Source of the DNA: Octopus sinensis
Taxonomy: Eukaryota
DNA: 64,000 nt
Assembly: GCF_006345805.1 (NCBI RefSeq)
Contig: NC_043001.1
Coordinates: forward strand, 83,142,001-83,206,000
Direction of reading: 5' to 3'
Shown here: positions 1 through 13,856 of the stretch, in pieces
Layout: every line of letters starts with the position of its first letter
How positions within the stretch are numbered: position 1 is the first letter of the stretch
Position numbers and translations under genes: made by a program
Notes under the pieces: model-generated
Databases searched by the model: none
What the model was told of the DNA's origin: nothing
Seen by the model: the letters and a program-made list of their open reading frames with translations, nothing else

Positions 1-261
<261 letters not shown>

Positions 262-1159
262 TCAAATAAAACTATGCATCAACACATTTTCGCTCGAGTA
301 CAATGTTGCATTTCTGCGATGCCTTTGTACGTACGTGTCTATGTCTGAAGATGTGTGTGCGTGTTTGTGTGGTGTGCTAGTGTGTTTATGCATCTCTGCG
401 TAAGTACTTTGTGTTTGCCATACCTCTCTTGCACATATATAAAACTATATTTGCACATCTAAACATTTTATTGAATCAGCAGACATTGTTGGACAACACA
501 TCACATCGCAACCTTGCCCCACCCCCGTCACACATAACCCCACGGTTAACAGTTTTCCTGTTGCACTAGAGCCGTACCGGAAATAAATATTGCGCGCAAA
601 GAATGCCGGTTGACTCACGTTCTTCGAGAAATAGTGAGATATCCTTTCCGGAAATTAAAAGCTACATACAGAATCCGGCGGTGCAAAAACTGATACGTCA
701 TAGGTAAAAATTGAAAAAAAAAAAAAAATGGAATAAAATAAAATAAAATGAAAATATAAAATGAATAAATGATTAAATAACTAGATAAATAAGTAAGTAG
801 ATAAATAAAGGACCCATACACAATATATCCGAAGTAATTTCGAGTTAAGGTTGCCAATGAAATAGAATTGTGTGGAGCCAGGAATTACTTTGATGTGCTG
901 TTTTGTGAACAAATTAAGTTTATAGGGAAACAAGTTTCAACACCAGGATGTGTCACGCATGCGCACACACACGCATATGTTTATGTGCGTGCGCGTGATA
1001 AGCTTCATTAAAAACTTAACCACCTCCCACTTTTATCTATGTATTACATATTTTGTGTTAGAAAATTTTTACGCCGTTTGTTTGGAACAATTCAACGTTT
1101 CCAGATGTTCTTAACCTTATCTTAATCTTCAGGATATAAAATAGATTTGGTTTAGACAT

Positions 1160-1215
1160 GCTCACATACGCACACACACATACACACACATACATACATT
1201 ACATATGCATATATA

Positions 1216-1267
<52 letters not shown>

Positions 1268-1374
1268 ATATGTAGATGCATATATATATAGATATATGTA
1301 TGTATATATATATATGAATACATATATACGCATATATATACATATATGTATAAAAATATATTCATATATATATG

Positions 1375-1423
<49 letters not shown>

Positions 1424-1460
1424 TATATATATACATACGCACACACACACACACACACAT
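1160..1460. repeat. (CA)n/(TA)n compound microsatellite
   Basis: Direct reading. Confidence 0.95.
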
Positions 1461-1840
1461 ATGGGAAACAAGTTTTCCTTAAGACATATTTTAAAAATAC
1501 GGCTATTTTAAAGCTTTATATTTTTTTATGGGCGATTTTCATATGTTCAATCTCTGGCAGTTTGTCAAGGACAGGAACATTTCTAGAATCATCATCGAAG
1601 TTTCTAGGTCTTCATATTCTCACATTCAGGGTTAAGAGTTGTTTGTGTGTGTTGCTACCATTTTATTGCAAGCAACGCTATTCTGGTTTGTTTAAACATT
1701 GTGGACGACATTTGAATTTATAATTTTAGATTTGTCCTCAATATGGTATCATTTCTTCTATAATTAACTGTTGTCATTAAAGTCTGTATTTTAGAATATG
1801 TGTTGTCATCAGAGTGTATATTTTTTTTCTTTTAACGTTA

Positions 1841-2244
1841 TACTCTTTTACTTGTTTCAGTCATTTGACTGCGGCCATGCTGTGGCACAGCCTTTAGTCG
1901 AGAAAATCGACCCCAGGACTTATTCTTTGTAAGCCTAGTACTTATTCTATCGGTCTCTTTTTCCGAACCGCTAAGTTACGGGGACATAAACACGCCAGCA
2001 TCGGTTGTCAAGCGATGTTGGGAGAACAAACACAGACACACAAACATATACTCACTCATACACACATATATACATATATACGACAGGCGTCTTTCAGTTT
2101 CCGTCTCCCAGATCTACTCACAAGGCTTTAGTCGGCCCGAAACTATAGTAGAAGACACATGCCCAAGGTGCCACGCAGTGGGAATGAATCCGGAACCATG
2201 TGGTTGGTAAGCAAGCTACTTGCCACACAGCCACTCCTGCGCCT
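1841..2244 (-). mobile_element. SINE family A, full length (tRNA-like head, CORE-like segment, internal TA/TG tract, AGTAAAAG tail)
   Basis: Reverse complement begins AGGCGCAGGAGTGGCTGTGTGGCAAG (A-box-like), has a B-box-like segment and TTGGGCATGTGTCTTC; matches more than 10 other copies in the window. Confidence 0.9.
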
Positions 2245-2264
2245 ATACTATGAGTATTGTTTCT

Positions 2265-2431
2265 TTTTATTGTGTCAGGGGAGAGTTGTTCTCTTTTAGT
2301 GCCTTAATTTACCGCACTCGCTGGTCTGATTTCCACTCAATTATCTATCTATGGTGGAAATCAGAAGACCGGTGACTGTGTTAAATCAATAAGGCACTAA
2401 AAGAGAATGATTCTCCCCTGACGCAATAAAA
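2265..2431. repeat. ~165-bp imperfect palindrome (fold-back)
   Basis: TTTTATTGTGTCAGGGGAGAG..TTCTCTTTTAGTGCCTTA..CTGATTTCCAC pairs with GTGGAAATCAG..TAAGGCACTAAAAGAGAA..TCTCCCCTGACGCAATAAAA. Confidence 0.9.
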
Positions 2432-3189
2432 TATGCTTCAACACAAGAATTCACATAAAGAATCTTGCAAGCCAAATGCAAAAACAAAATACTGTTTTTT
2501 TTATGTACTCGTATAAACTTTTAGAAATGATAACAGTAGATTACAGATATGTTGTCCACAAATACTTTTCCATATAGCTTTGCTGTATGTGATATAGCGC
2601 ATTTCAATTTCTCCTGTTGTGAGTATTTAGCTTGTATGATAAATACATCAGTTGAAGTCGTGAAGTTTACAACTTCCACATTTACATTCGAAACTATAAC
2701 ATGTACTATTAGCTTGCCTGCGGACGTACAAGCTGTGGTTTGTTATTGAGAAAATGGTTCTTAATGCTAGTGTTTTTGTACTAGTACTTTTATCATTACT
2801 TCAAGTTTGTTAGAGATAATGCTGTTTTATATACACTATAATCATTATGGATTTAATTTGCGGTGTTTATGTATTTCTCATACGTGTGTTCTCTCATATA
2901 CTTTTTGCTTTATATCGTGTATGCATTACAAACACACACATACACACAAACACACATAAGATTCGAGTTCACTATTTTCGGCACTGAGTCACTCCATCAT
3001 TAAATGTCTCGTTGTTATTCTTAAATTATCTGTAAACTAATGACCTTATTTCACATACGTGTGCACTCTCATATAATACACATACGCACGCTCTTAGAAA
3101 CAGCTACACACGCATACACACACATGATGTTGGTGTTTTTAAAGAAAATTGTAAACAGCTAGCAATATTAATTGAAAACAATATACGAT

Positions 3190-3203
3190 GTGTTTATGTG
3201 CGT

Positions 3204-3259
<56 letters not shown>

Positions 3260-3780
3260 GTGACTTAAAACAGGAAAACAGTCTAAGAAAGAAATACAGA
3301 GTTGCTGTGACTTCGAAGTTTCGACGAAACCGACTTGGCATGCGCACATACATACACACACATACACACACACACACACACATACACACACACATACACA
3401 CAGACACACGCAGACACACACACACGCAGACACACACACACTCGCAGAAAGACACACTCACACTCGCAGACAGACACACACGCAGACGCACACACACAAA
3501 CATTATATATATATATATGTATGCATATGTATATATCTATATCTATATATATATATATAATGTATATATACATACATATACATATATATATTCATATACA
3601 CACGCACTCATGCATACACACTCATATATATTTTTGCATACGTTGACTTTTGCCGATTAAAAATAACACACACACACACATATGTACATGTTTGTATGTA
3701 TGTATGTATGCATATATACGTATATATGTGAGTGTGACTTTCTTGTACACATATGCATACATACATGTACATATGTGTTG
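3190..3780. repeat. (TG)n/(CA)n/(TA)n microsatellite cluster
   Basis: Direct reading. Confidence 0.9.
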
Positions 3781-4019
3781 CAAGAGTGGAAGGGGAGTGT
3801 AGTCTACATTTACATTAACGCTCCCCGCCGTTCCTCTCGTACACCGCTCCACCAACCTTTTTTCAATAATGAATTCCATCTCTCCAGGATTCCAAGACCA
3901 TTAGATATATTATTGTAAACGTCTTCATATTCTCCATGTCAGCAGGATGTAGGCAATAAAGCTTTTTTCCTTTATTTTTAATAAGACCCATTAATTACTG
4001 CGGACCTCATACTTAGATG

Positions 4020-4464
4020 TAGTGGCGGCAAGGATGGTTCAGGCGGTGGTGGTGGTGGCTGTAGTGGAAGTGTTGAAAGTGGTGGTGTGACGGTGATGAT
4101 AGTATGACGTTGATGGTGGTAGTGGTAGTGGTAGTCATGGTGGTGCTGTTAGTAGTAGTGATGGTGGTGATGGTCGCGGAGTAGATGTTTGTACAATTAT
4201 TGTTGCTGGTAATGATGTAAGTGCTGGTGGCGGTGTAACCGTTGATGGTGGTGGTGTTAGTGGTGGTGATGTTGATTCTGAGGCTGGTGGTAGCAATAGT
4301 GATGATAGTAGTGATGGTAGAAGTGCTCATGATAGATGGTAGCGGTGGCGGTGGCGGTAGTAATGGTGGTGGTAGTTGTGACGGTGCTGTTAGCCGGGTG
4401 ATGTTGGTGTTGGTGGTGATAGAGTTAGTGGTGGTGTGGCGTTGGTAATACGGGAATGTTGCTA

Positions 4465-4539
<75 letters not shown>

Positions 4540-4586
4540 GTTGTTGTTGTTCTTTTTGCTATTATTATATTATCATTATTATTATA

Positions 4587-4633
<47 letters not shown>

Positions 4634-4655
4634 TATTATTACTATTATTATTATA

Positions 4656-4692
<37 letters not shown>

Positions 4693-4709
4693 ATATTATT
4701 ATTATTATA

Positions 4710-4795
<86 letters not shown>

Positions 4796-5191
4796 ATAGT
4801 AGTAGTAGTAGTAGTAGTAGATCTAGTTCTTAACCGCAGGTCAACTGTATTCAGAAAAACGGACGACATATAACTAAAGGCAGCCCAGTCGTGGCCATCT
4901 CATTATTTTTTGTATGCACGTAGAGCCCAAGGCTACATTATGCAATATGTCCATTCGTAGAAACAGTTTTGAGAATGAATTAGCTGTTATTTCTCGCAGG
5001 TCAAGCAATTACACCGATACCCCTATTTGTAGACTCGAAGTTCCGGTTGTGTTGGTGATGGCGATGGCGATGATGATGATTATGACGATAATGATGATGA
5101 TGATGATGACGACGACGACGACGATGATGATGATGATGATGATAGTACTGGGTTTGGTGGTGGTGGTGGTGGTGGTTGGTGGTGGTGGTGG

Positions 5192-5238
<47 letters not shown>

Positions 5239-5954
5239 GTTGTGGTGGTGGTGTTGGGTGATAGTATTATCGTGAGTTGAAGAATTGTTCATGGTGATAA
5301 TGTTCCTGCTATTTGTAGGGAGGGGATGAATGTGATGGTTATGATAATGGTGACACTAGAACTAGCAATGTTTATGGTGGTGGTGGTGGTGGGGTGGTGG
5401 TGGTGGTGGTGGTGGTGGTGGTGTTGGTGGTTTTAATGGTAGTGGCGGCGGTGATGGAGTTGTTGAATATACTACGTCGTTGTTATTGCTATTGTTGTTG
5501 GTGGTGGTGCTGTCTGTGGATTTGTTGCTATAGTTCTTTAATTCCAAGTCAGCCCGTATTAAGAAGACCTATAATCAAAATGTATTCCGAAGGTGACCAT
5601 CCCATCCCATCCCACCCCATCTCACTCTTTTCTTATATGTAAGGAAGAGCAGAGAGACATTTACCAACGTGTTCTTTTTCAAAACGGTAGGATGATAGCT
5701 GAGGGTAATTGGCTGCTATTTCTACAATGTAAAGTGGTCATGTAGGTTCTGTCTGTCAGTGATCCAGTGGAGGTGTTCCTGTTAGTAGGTTGCGTGGATG
5801 GAGTGCCTTGGTGTTGTTGGAGAGAGTAGGGTGGGTTGGTGTATGCATTGTAAGTGGTGCTCTTAGCATTCAATAATGGCCTCTGGTCTTTCGCTTCCTA
5901 AAAATCGTTCAACTGTTGTCATGTCGGCGCTGTGTCAACAGGACAACAACAAAA

Positions 5955-5985
<31 letters not shown>

Positions 5986-6106
5986 GCTATCTGTAATAGT
6001 GACAACAACGATACCAAATATACAAGCAAGGATTGTCGCAATAGTAAAAGGAAAAAAATAAATTAAAAAACATAACTGCAAAGAAAGGTGATGTTGACGA
6101 TAATGT

Positions 6107-6145
<39 letters not shown>

Positions 6146-6304
6146 CGACGACGACGACGACGAAAGGGAAGATGAAGATGAAGGAGAGAAAACGGAGGAC
6201 AAGACAAAAAGGAAGGGGGAGGAGCAGACGAAAACGAAAGAGAGAAAGTAGTAGTAGTAGTAGTAGTAGCAGCAGCAGCAGCAATAAACAACAACAACAA
6301 ACAC

Positions 6305-6340
<36 letters not shown>

Positions 6341-6375
6341 TAATAATAATAATAACTGCAACTACTTAATAATAA
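4020..6375. repeat. Trinucleotide low-complexity block: (GGT), (TTA), (TAG), (GAT), (TAA)
   Basis: Direct reading; accounts for the homopolymeric ORFs. Interrupted by old repeat fragments at ~4826-5035 and ~5535-5760. Confidence 0.9.
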
Positions 6376-6937
6376 CAAAATGTCAGCCATAAGATGGCAA
6401 TATAAATTGCGGTGTTGGAATAGAAACCTAAATGGTCACAGTATGTGGTCTAACGAGATTTTAGCATGAAATTTCCATTACGCTGGAGACAACAGAAGTG
6501 GGGACCTGTTGAGCCATTATCTCAAGAGAATTGAGACTATTTATCGTGACTCATGTGAAGACATCACTTACAAGTCAGTCCAAATATCTGAGATATTTCA
6601 TACCGGAACAATCTTCTATGTAAGTAAGTAGTTTGAAAAACATAGGTTCCTATATATTGCGATATACTGAAGACCTAACCCTGGTTCTTTTGGCCTCTTC
6701 ACTATAATTAACAAATATTTTTCGAAGTTCTTACTGTTTTTAAAGTAGGTTCTACATGAATCGACAAAGAAGTGCTCTCATAATCGTTGGACTTGTCAAA
6801 AAGACAGTCAAATCTCTATTAAAATATTACTTATCGTCTTTAAAATGGTGGCCTAGAAAGTTCCATTCGCTCTAGTGGTTGAGCAAGACACATTCAAATT
6901 TTACTTTGTAGCTCTTAGTTGATTTAAGTAGAAACCA

Positions 6938-7263
6938 CGTGGCACCTTGAGCAACTGTCTTCTACTATAGCCTCGGGCCGACCAAAGCCTTGTGAGTGGA
7001 TTTGGTAGACAGAAACTGAAAGAAGCCCGTCGTATATATGTATATATATGTGTGTGTGTCTGCGTTTACCCCCCTACCAACATCGCTTGACAACTGATGC
7101 TGGTGTGTTTACATCCCCGTAACTTAGCGGTTCGGCAAAAACGACCGATAGAATAAGTACTAGGCTTGCAAAGAATAAGTCCTGGGATCGATCTCCTCGA
7201 CTAAAGGTGGTGCTCCAGCATGGCCACAGTCAAATGACTGAAACAAGTAAAAGAGTAAAAGAG
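6938..7263 (+). mobile_element. SINE family A, 5'-truncated
   Basis: CTACTATAGCCTCGGGCCGACCAAAGCC...GACTGAAACAAGTAAAAGAGTAAAAGAG. Confidence 0.9.
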
Positions 7264-7667
7264 TATATGTGTAGGAGGTTCAAAGTAATAGTTTGATCCG
7301 TCCAACACAAGAGCTAAAATAATCTATAAACACTGTATTGTTGATCACATATCTTAACTATTTGAAGAACGTTTAAATTCTATGACGACTATGTTAATTA
7401 CAGGTACACTAAGCAGCGTTCAATGAAATATAGGTGTGTACAGCCAGACTTAACATGTTTGTGTACAGCCAGACTTAACATGTTTGTGTACACTCGGACG
7501 TGGGAAAATATATACACCGCAGAAATTGTTTCGGGAGTAAAAATTAAAAATTATCTTTTTAAATAATACGTGTGAAAAGCACAGCATTAAGTTATGAATG
7601 ACGTCATCGGACCTTAGGACGCATGCATTTCTGCATCGTTGCGTGTCGTCAGCTACGGATAATTCAG

Positions 7668-7921
7668 GTAAAGGTAAAGATACCTTTTCGAGTCATACCG
7701 ACTCATAATGGCCAGTTTCTCGGTTTAATGGCGTATATATTCCCCACGTAGACAAGACACCGGTCCGTCGCGGGATTACTCATTTTTGCCAGCAGAGTGG
7801 ACTGGAGCAACGTGAAATGAAGTGTTTTGCTCAAGAACATAACGCGTCACCCGGTCCAAGAATCGAAATCGCAATCATACGATCATGAGTCGAACGCTCT
7901 AACCACTAAGCCACGCGCTTC
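7668..7921 (-). mobile_element. SINE family D (tRNA head, CORE/V-like segment, TACCTT tail)
   Basis: Reverse complement: GCGTGGCTTAGTGGTTAGAGCG...TTCGATTC...TGTTCTTGAGCAAAACACTTCATTTCACGTTGCTCCAGTCCACTC. Confidence 0.85.
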
Positions 7922-8379
7922 TACTCAGCTACGAGTACCAAGTTGTTCGGAGCCACTATAAAAAGTTAGAAAGCCTTTGTCTAAATGGTTGTACAAAACT
8001 GTATTTCATTGAATGCTGCTTAGTGCGACGCTTATTAATTCTAGCTTTACAAAGCTTTGCACACATCAGCAAACGTACCAATTGCTGTTCTAATTTAAGG
8101 ACAACTATTATTTAGTAATTATGAACGACATCTCAGTATCCGCACCTGACGACATACAAATGCATGCTTTCTACACTTGTGGCGTCATACATAACCGATT
8201 GGCGCGTTTTTCACACAAGTTATCCAAAAGGAAACACTTTCGAAGGGTATTCTTTCCATCCCCAAATGTACACAAGCAGTTTAAATATAGTTGTACACAG
8301 TTATATGATAACAACAGCTCTTCGTTGGATTTTTTATTGATATAATTTTTACTGTGGGTTTTCCTTCGAAGGTCTTACT

Positions 8380-9340
8380 ATAACATTCTAAAACCCCATT
8401 TTCACATCAGTCATTACGCTAATGTTTTCTATTCTACTCACAACAGCGAGCTACAGCAGCCCCTGTTTTATATTCGTTAGTTTCCTTGAAGACAGAAAGC
8501 AGTTTATTGTTTTATTTATATTAGTAACCATTTTGCATTATAAACCCTAGTTTAACCAAATATTTCTGTAGCCTTACAGTATTTTCTAATAATTTTCTAA
8601 TTGAAGAAGGCCTCTAACTCCCTATATTCGTTGTAAGTATATTTTTATACTGGTTTTTGATGCAGTCATCTTTTCCCCTGTATCTTTGCCTAGGTTAATT
8701 GCTTTATGTTCCAGTTCAGAATATGACTATAGCTGTAACTTATTACTGGAATTACCAAAATATTGATGACTATTACCTAGGTTTTATCTAGTTCACTCTA
8801 TTCTAAGGCGTCAGTTTTACCGTTGCTTAAATTTTCATTATTGTACTCTGTCTAATTCCTTAAAACAAAAACATCTAACTATGTTTTATCTACTTCTCTC
8901 GTCTCTGTTTCTTTATCAAGCACGATATAGGTATAGTTTATTAATTCTCCTTTCTTAAGGATTTCTTTAACTTGTTTTACGAAAGCGAATTTCAGTTCAG
9001 CTCCTTTGGAGATTTATTCCTTGTCTTTATCGATCTCCAGTTGTCATCTTCAACGTAGTAGCTGGAGGAAGTCCATATAGAAAACGTAATTGATTGTTAT
9101 TTCAAAGCATTTGCATTTGAGTTCAGTCAGGTTTAACGTGTTGGCTAAAGATATTAACGCCAGGGAGAAAAGGAGAGAAGATAAAGAGTCCCTTTGGAAC
9201 ATATCCCCTTTAATAAAGGAAGAGATTTATTTTTATAAGACTCTATTCTATTTGTAAGTACAGAATTGTTAGCCATTTGTACATGTGACATGTACTTACT
9301 GTCAACGCTACCTTAGTTACGGGTAATAATTCAAGAATCT
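8380..9340 (-). pseudogene. Highly decayed R4/Dong-like LINE reverse transcriptase
   Basis: Minus-strand translation gives GDMFQRDSLSSLLFSLAL (cf. GIFQGDSLSPLLF), INYVFYMD (cf. HLFYMDD) and RGLLQLE; many stops and frameshifts. Confidence 0.7.
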
Positions 9341-9384
9341 TTGGATGGTGAACATCTCCAAGAGTGTTTGAGTTTGCATTAATG

Positions 9385-10200
9385 CTAGATTTGGTGTGAA
9401 TGTTGGGGTTATAGTTATACTCATTCTTGGGGTTTCTGTAAAGGTCAGGTATCAGGGTTAGGATTCGTAATAAACTTAGTGCTAAGATAATGATTAGGGT
9501 TTGAGTTAATGTGAGTATTAAGGTTAATATTAATATTAGTATTTTAATTGAGATTACACTTAGAGTAAGGATTAATGTCAGGATAAATATGAAGAATATG
9601 GTGAAATTTTGGGTTAGATATACTTTCAGGTTTAGAGTTATGGTTAGCTTTACCTTTAGGATAACAAGAAACTTCAGTTCTCAATTTAAGATTATTGCTA
9701 GGGTTAGGCTAAGTATAAAGGTTGAATGGAGGTTTTGGGTCAGATTTAAAATCGGGTTAGTTTTAGGATTAGGAATATATTTAGGGTAGGTATGGATGTA
9801 AATCAGGATTAAGTTATAGTTGCATAACGCTTGCTGGTTAAAGAGCTGGGCTCACAATCATGAAGTAGTCAGTTCGATTCCCGGACCAGACTCTGTGTTG
9901 TGTTCTTGAGCAAGACACTTTATTTCACGTTGCTCCATTTCACTCAGCTGTAGAAATGTGTTGCAATGTCACTGGTGCCAATCTGTATCGGCTTTTGCCT
10001 TTCTCTTGGATAACACTTGTGGCATGGAGAGGGTGATAGTGGTATGCATGGGTAACTGCTGGTCTTCCATAAACAACCTTGCAATTCCATGATCATTCAT
10101 GACCGAAGGTCTTTACACTTTGTAAATTTGAAGGTTAGGTGTTAGGGTTTCTGATATCTTTAGGTCGTGATTTAGATTTTGATTAAGGTTTGCGAATCAA
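9385..10200 (+). repeat. Degenerate (TTAGGG)n-like hexamer tract, split by a SINE D copy
   Basis: Recurrent GGGTTA/GGTTAG/GGATTA with ~6-nt periodicity; ORF 9511-9789 reads VR/FR/LG alternations. Confidence 0.6.
9827..10120 (+). mobile_element. SINE family D
   Basis: GGTTAAAGAGCTGGGCTCACAATC..GTTCGATTCCCGGACC..TGTTCTTGAGCAAGACACTT; homologous to 62952-63283. Confidence 0.85.
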
Positions 10201-10454
10201 AGATGAGGATAAGTTAATACACTGTGATGAGAATTGCTTTCGATTTCCATGTGAGGTGATTGTCCATGGAGGATGTTGCTATCACACGTGTACTGTATAC
10301 GTAGGTTTAGATCGATGAAGTAAAGATCACGATGACCATGGTCTGCAAGGGATTCCAGTGCTTTAACAAGACTATTTTTACGTGATGTTTCAGTGGTAGT
10401 CGTTATTTTGCCAGAGGATAGCCTTGACTGAAACGATCGATGTTCAAAGGCTTA

Positions 10455-10621
10455 CATCGACGCATGTATGCATAAATACATGCATGTATGCATACATGCA
10501 AGCAAGCATTCAGGTATGCATGCAGGTTTACATGCATGCATAGATAGAGTCATATATTGATAAACATGTACATACATGAACAATGCATACAGATTTACAA
10601 GCATACATAGAATAGAATCAC

Positions 10622-10682
<61 letters not shown>

Positions 10683-10898
10683 GATAGACAGATGGATGGA
10701 TGGATGGATAGGTAGACAGATGGATGGATGGATGGATGGATGGATGGATGGATGGGTGGATGGATGGGTGGATGGATGGATAGATAGATTGATAGATAGA
10801 TAAATAGATACACACATACACACGTAAACAAATACATAGATATTAGATATATAGAGACATAGATACATACATGTATATATATATATGTATATATATAT

Positions 10899-10940
<42 letters not shown>

Positions 10941-11120
10941 ATATATATATATATACATATATACATACATATATACATACATATATATATATAGATATAT
11001 ATATATATATTATATATATATATATATATTTTATATATATATATATATATAATATATCATATATATATATATATATATATATCAATATATATATATATAT
11101 ATCATATATATATATATATC

Positions 11121-11169
<49 letters not shown>

Positions 11170-11183
11170 ATATAATATATATA

Positions 11184-11225
<42 letters not shown>
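10455..11225. repeat. (CATG)/(GATA)n/(GGAT)n/(TA)n microsatellites
   Basis: Direct reading. Confidence 0.95.
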
Positions 11226-11229
<4 letters not shown>

Positions 11230-11749
11230 GAAACTTTTGTCCATCTCTCGAACTACGTTAAATAACATAACTCTGTTTCTTTTTTCTTTCTTTGAAAACA
11301 ATATGATAGATTTGAGGGAGAATTGACTATACTTTCTGACAGGCTGGTTGACTACATAGAAGACTACTTGGTTAGCTTCAGTTTCGTACCGTAACGGTAG
11401 TATTTCAACAGAATATATTAGCGCAACAATTACGTATGGTCGATATGAACGAACGTGTTAATGGCGGAAAAAGCAGATAAATGTCAAAATAAGTTATTTT
11501 GAATTATTGAAAATTCTCTTTGAAATCATATTTTGCAGTCGTAGCACGTTTGCCAGCTTGAGGTATTGTATGTTTTTTTATAAATTTTTTACAACACTGA
11601 ACAGCTTCAATCGATTGAATGTATTTTATGAATTCCTGAATTCTTTAAGACTTGTGACCATTCCATCCCTCGATTCATTCATTTTCGGGCGATTCACAGA
11701 ACATATATGCATGCCCATTTATTATCTCTAAATTCAGTAATCATACGAA

Positions 11750-12218
<469 letters not shown>

Positions 12219-12220
<2 letters not shown>

Positions 12221-12485
12221 TATAATATAATACTTTAAAAAAGGTTTATTTAAATAACTACAGTACATATGTTTCCACAATAGATATTTATATAATAAAT
12301 CAGCAATTGAAATCTAAATAATGTTTAAAATGAGGAAAAATATAGGCTATATTTTTCTACATTTTACACATTCATTTAGACCGCAATTGCCGATGAAATG
12401 ATAGATATTATTATATAAATATCTATTATGGAAACATTTGTACTGCAGTTATTTAAATAAATCTTTTGAAATATTATATTATATT
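12219..12485. repeat. ~265-bp imperfect palindrome containing a decayed hammerhead motif
   Basis: Arms pair around GAAAAATATAG-G-CTATATTTTTC; right arm has CCGATGA...GAAACATTTGTA. Confidence 0.8.
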
Positions 12486-12834
12486 ACTCTATGGATTTTT
12501 TTATGATATGATCTGATTAACTAGGTAAGTAAAAAAATTTTTCTCAATAATTCATATGGTTTCCATATGGAGTTTCTAAGTTATGCTTAATTGTTCCTAC
12601 TCTAATAACATATTAACAATGAATATATATATATATATATCTGTATATAAATAAATAAATATATATATATATATATATAATAAATCTAAATATATATATG
12701 CATATATATATATATACATATATAATAAATCTGAATATATATATATGAATCTATCTATCTGCCTACCTACCTTCCTATCTACCTACCTACCTACCTACCT
12801 ACCTACCTACCTACCTACCTACCTACCTACCTAC

Positions 12835-12888
<54 letters not shown>

Positions 12889-13440
12889 CTCTATCGACCT
12901 GTATTTATTTATCTATTTACGAATTAAAAGCAGCGGTGTTGTAAGCATTTTCGATCGCATATACTCAATGTATGTGTTTTGCATTTTCGCCGGTTCACTG
13001 TGGGATAGGCCCTAGGAGACGACTCCCTGATAGCACTGAGTGTTAAAACACTGTAAAGTCACAGAGAGGTGAGACAACTCGCCCTCAATCCCATTCCGGA
13101 GCGATGGATACCGATATTTCACTATTATGTTTGTGGTTTAATAATCTTACGTACATGAATCAAACAGAAATGGAACAGAATTGCCAGTCTATGAATATAT
13201 ATAAATAGTGTAGAAACAATTTGTGAGTGCGCCACACTTGTAAGATTAAATTCAATTATGTATTCAAAGCAGCGCTAGTTTTATAAACATTATCGACCGC
13301 ACAAACTCAGTGCATGTGTTTTACTTGCATACACATAGACTTACACACATTTGTTACAACGCACATACATAGTTATATACCAATATACATACTTATACAT
13401 ACATACATTCACAAAAATCAACATAGGAGTCTATGAAAAA

Positions 13441-13856
13441 AGGCGGTGAGCTAGCAGAAAGATTAGCACGCCGGGCGAAATACTTAGCGTTATTTCGTCT
13501 GCCGCTATGTTCTGAGTTCAAATTCTGCCGAGGTCCACTTTGCTTTTCATCCTTTCGGGGTCGATAAATTAAGTACCAGTTACGCACTGGGGTCGATGTA
13601 ATCGACTTAATACCTATGTCTGTCCTTGTTTGTCCCCTCTGTGTTTGGCCCCTTGTGGGTAATAAAGAAATAGGTATTTCGTCTGCCGCTATGTTCTGAG
13701 TTCAAATTCCGCCGAGGTCCACTTTGCTTTTCATCCTTTCGGAGTCGATAAATTAAGTACCAGTTACGCACTAGGGTCGACATAATCGACTTAATCCTTT
13801 TGTCTGTCATTGTTTGTCCCCTCTGTGTGTAGCCCCTTGTGGGCAGTAAAGAAATA
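13441..13856 (+). mobile_element. SINE family B, head plus tandem second unit
   Basis: AGGCGGTGAGCTAGCAGAA..GAGTTCAAATTC (B-box)..TTTCATCCTTTCGGGGTCGATAAATTAAGTACC (resembles the Meta/MESC SINE domain); the body occurs twice. Confidence 0.9.

Noticed and set aside
7599-7606. TGACGTCA CRE sites (also 27952-27959)
   Set aside because: About the number expected by chance, with no supporting context.
10405-10450. CAGAGGA..GAAACGATCG; a similar motif at 47581-47620
   Set aside because: Core and stems too degenerate to call.
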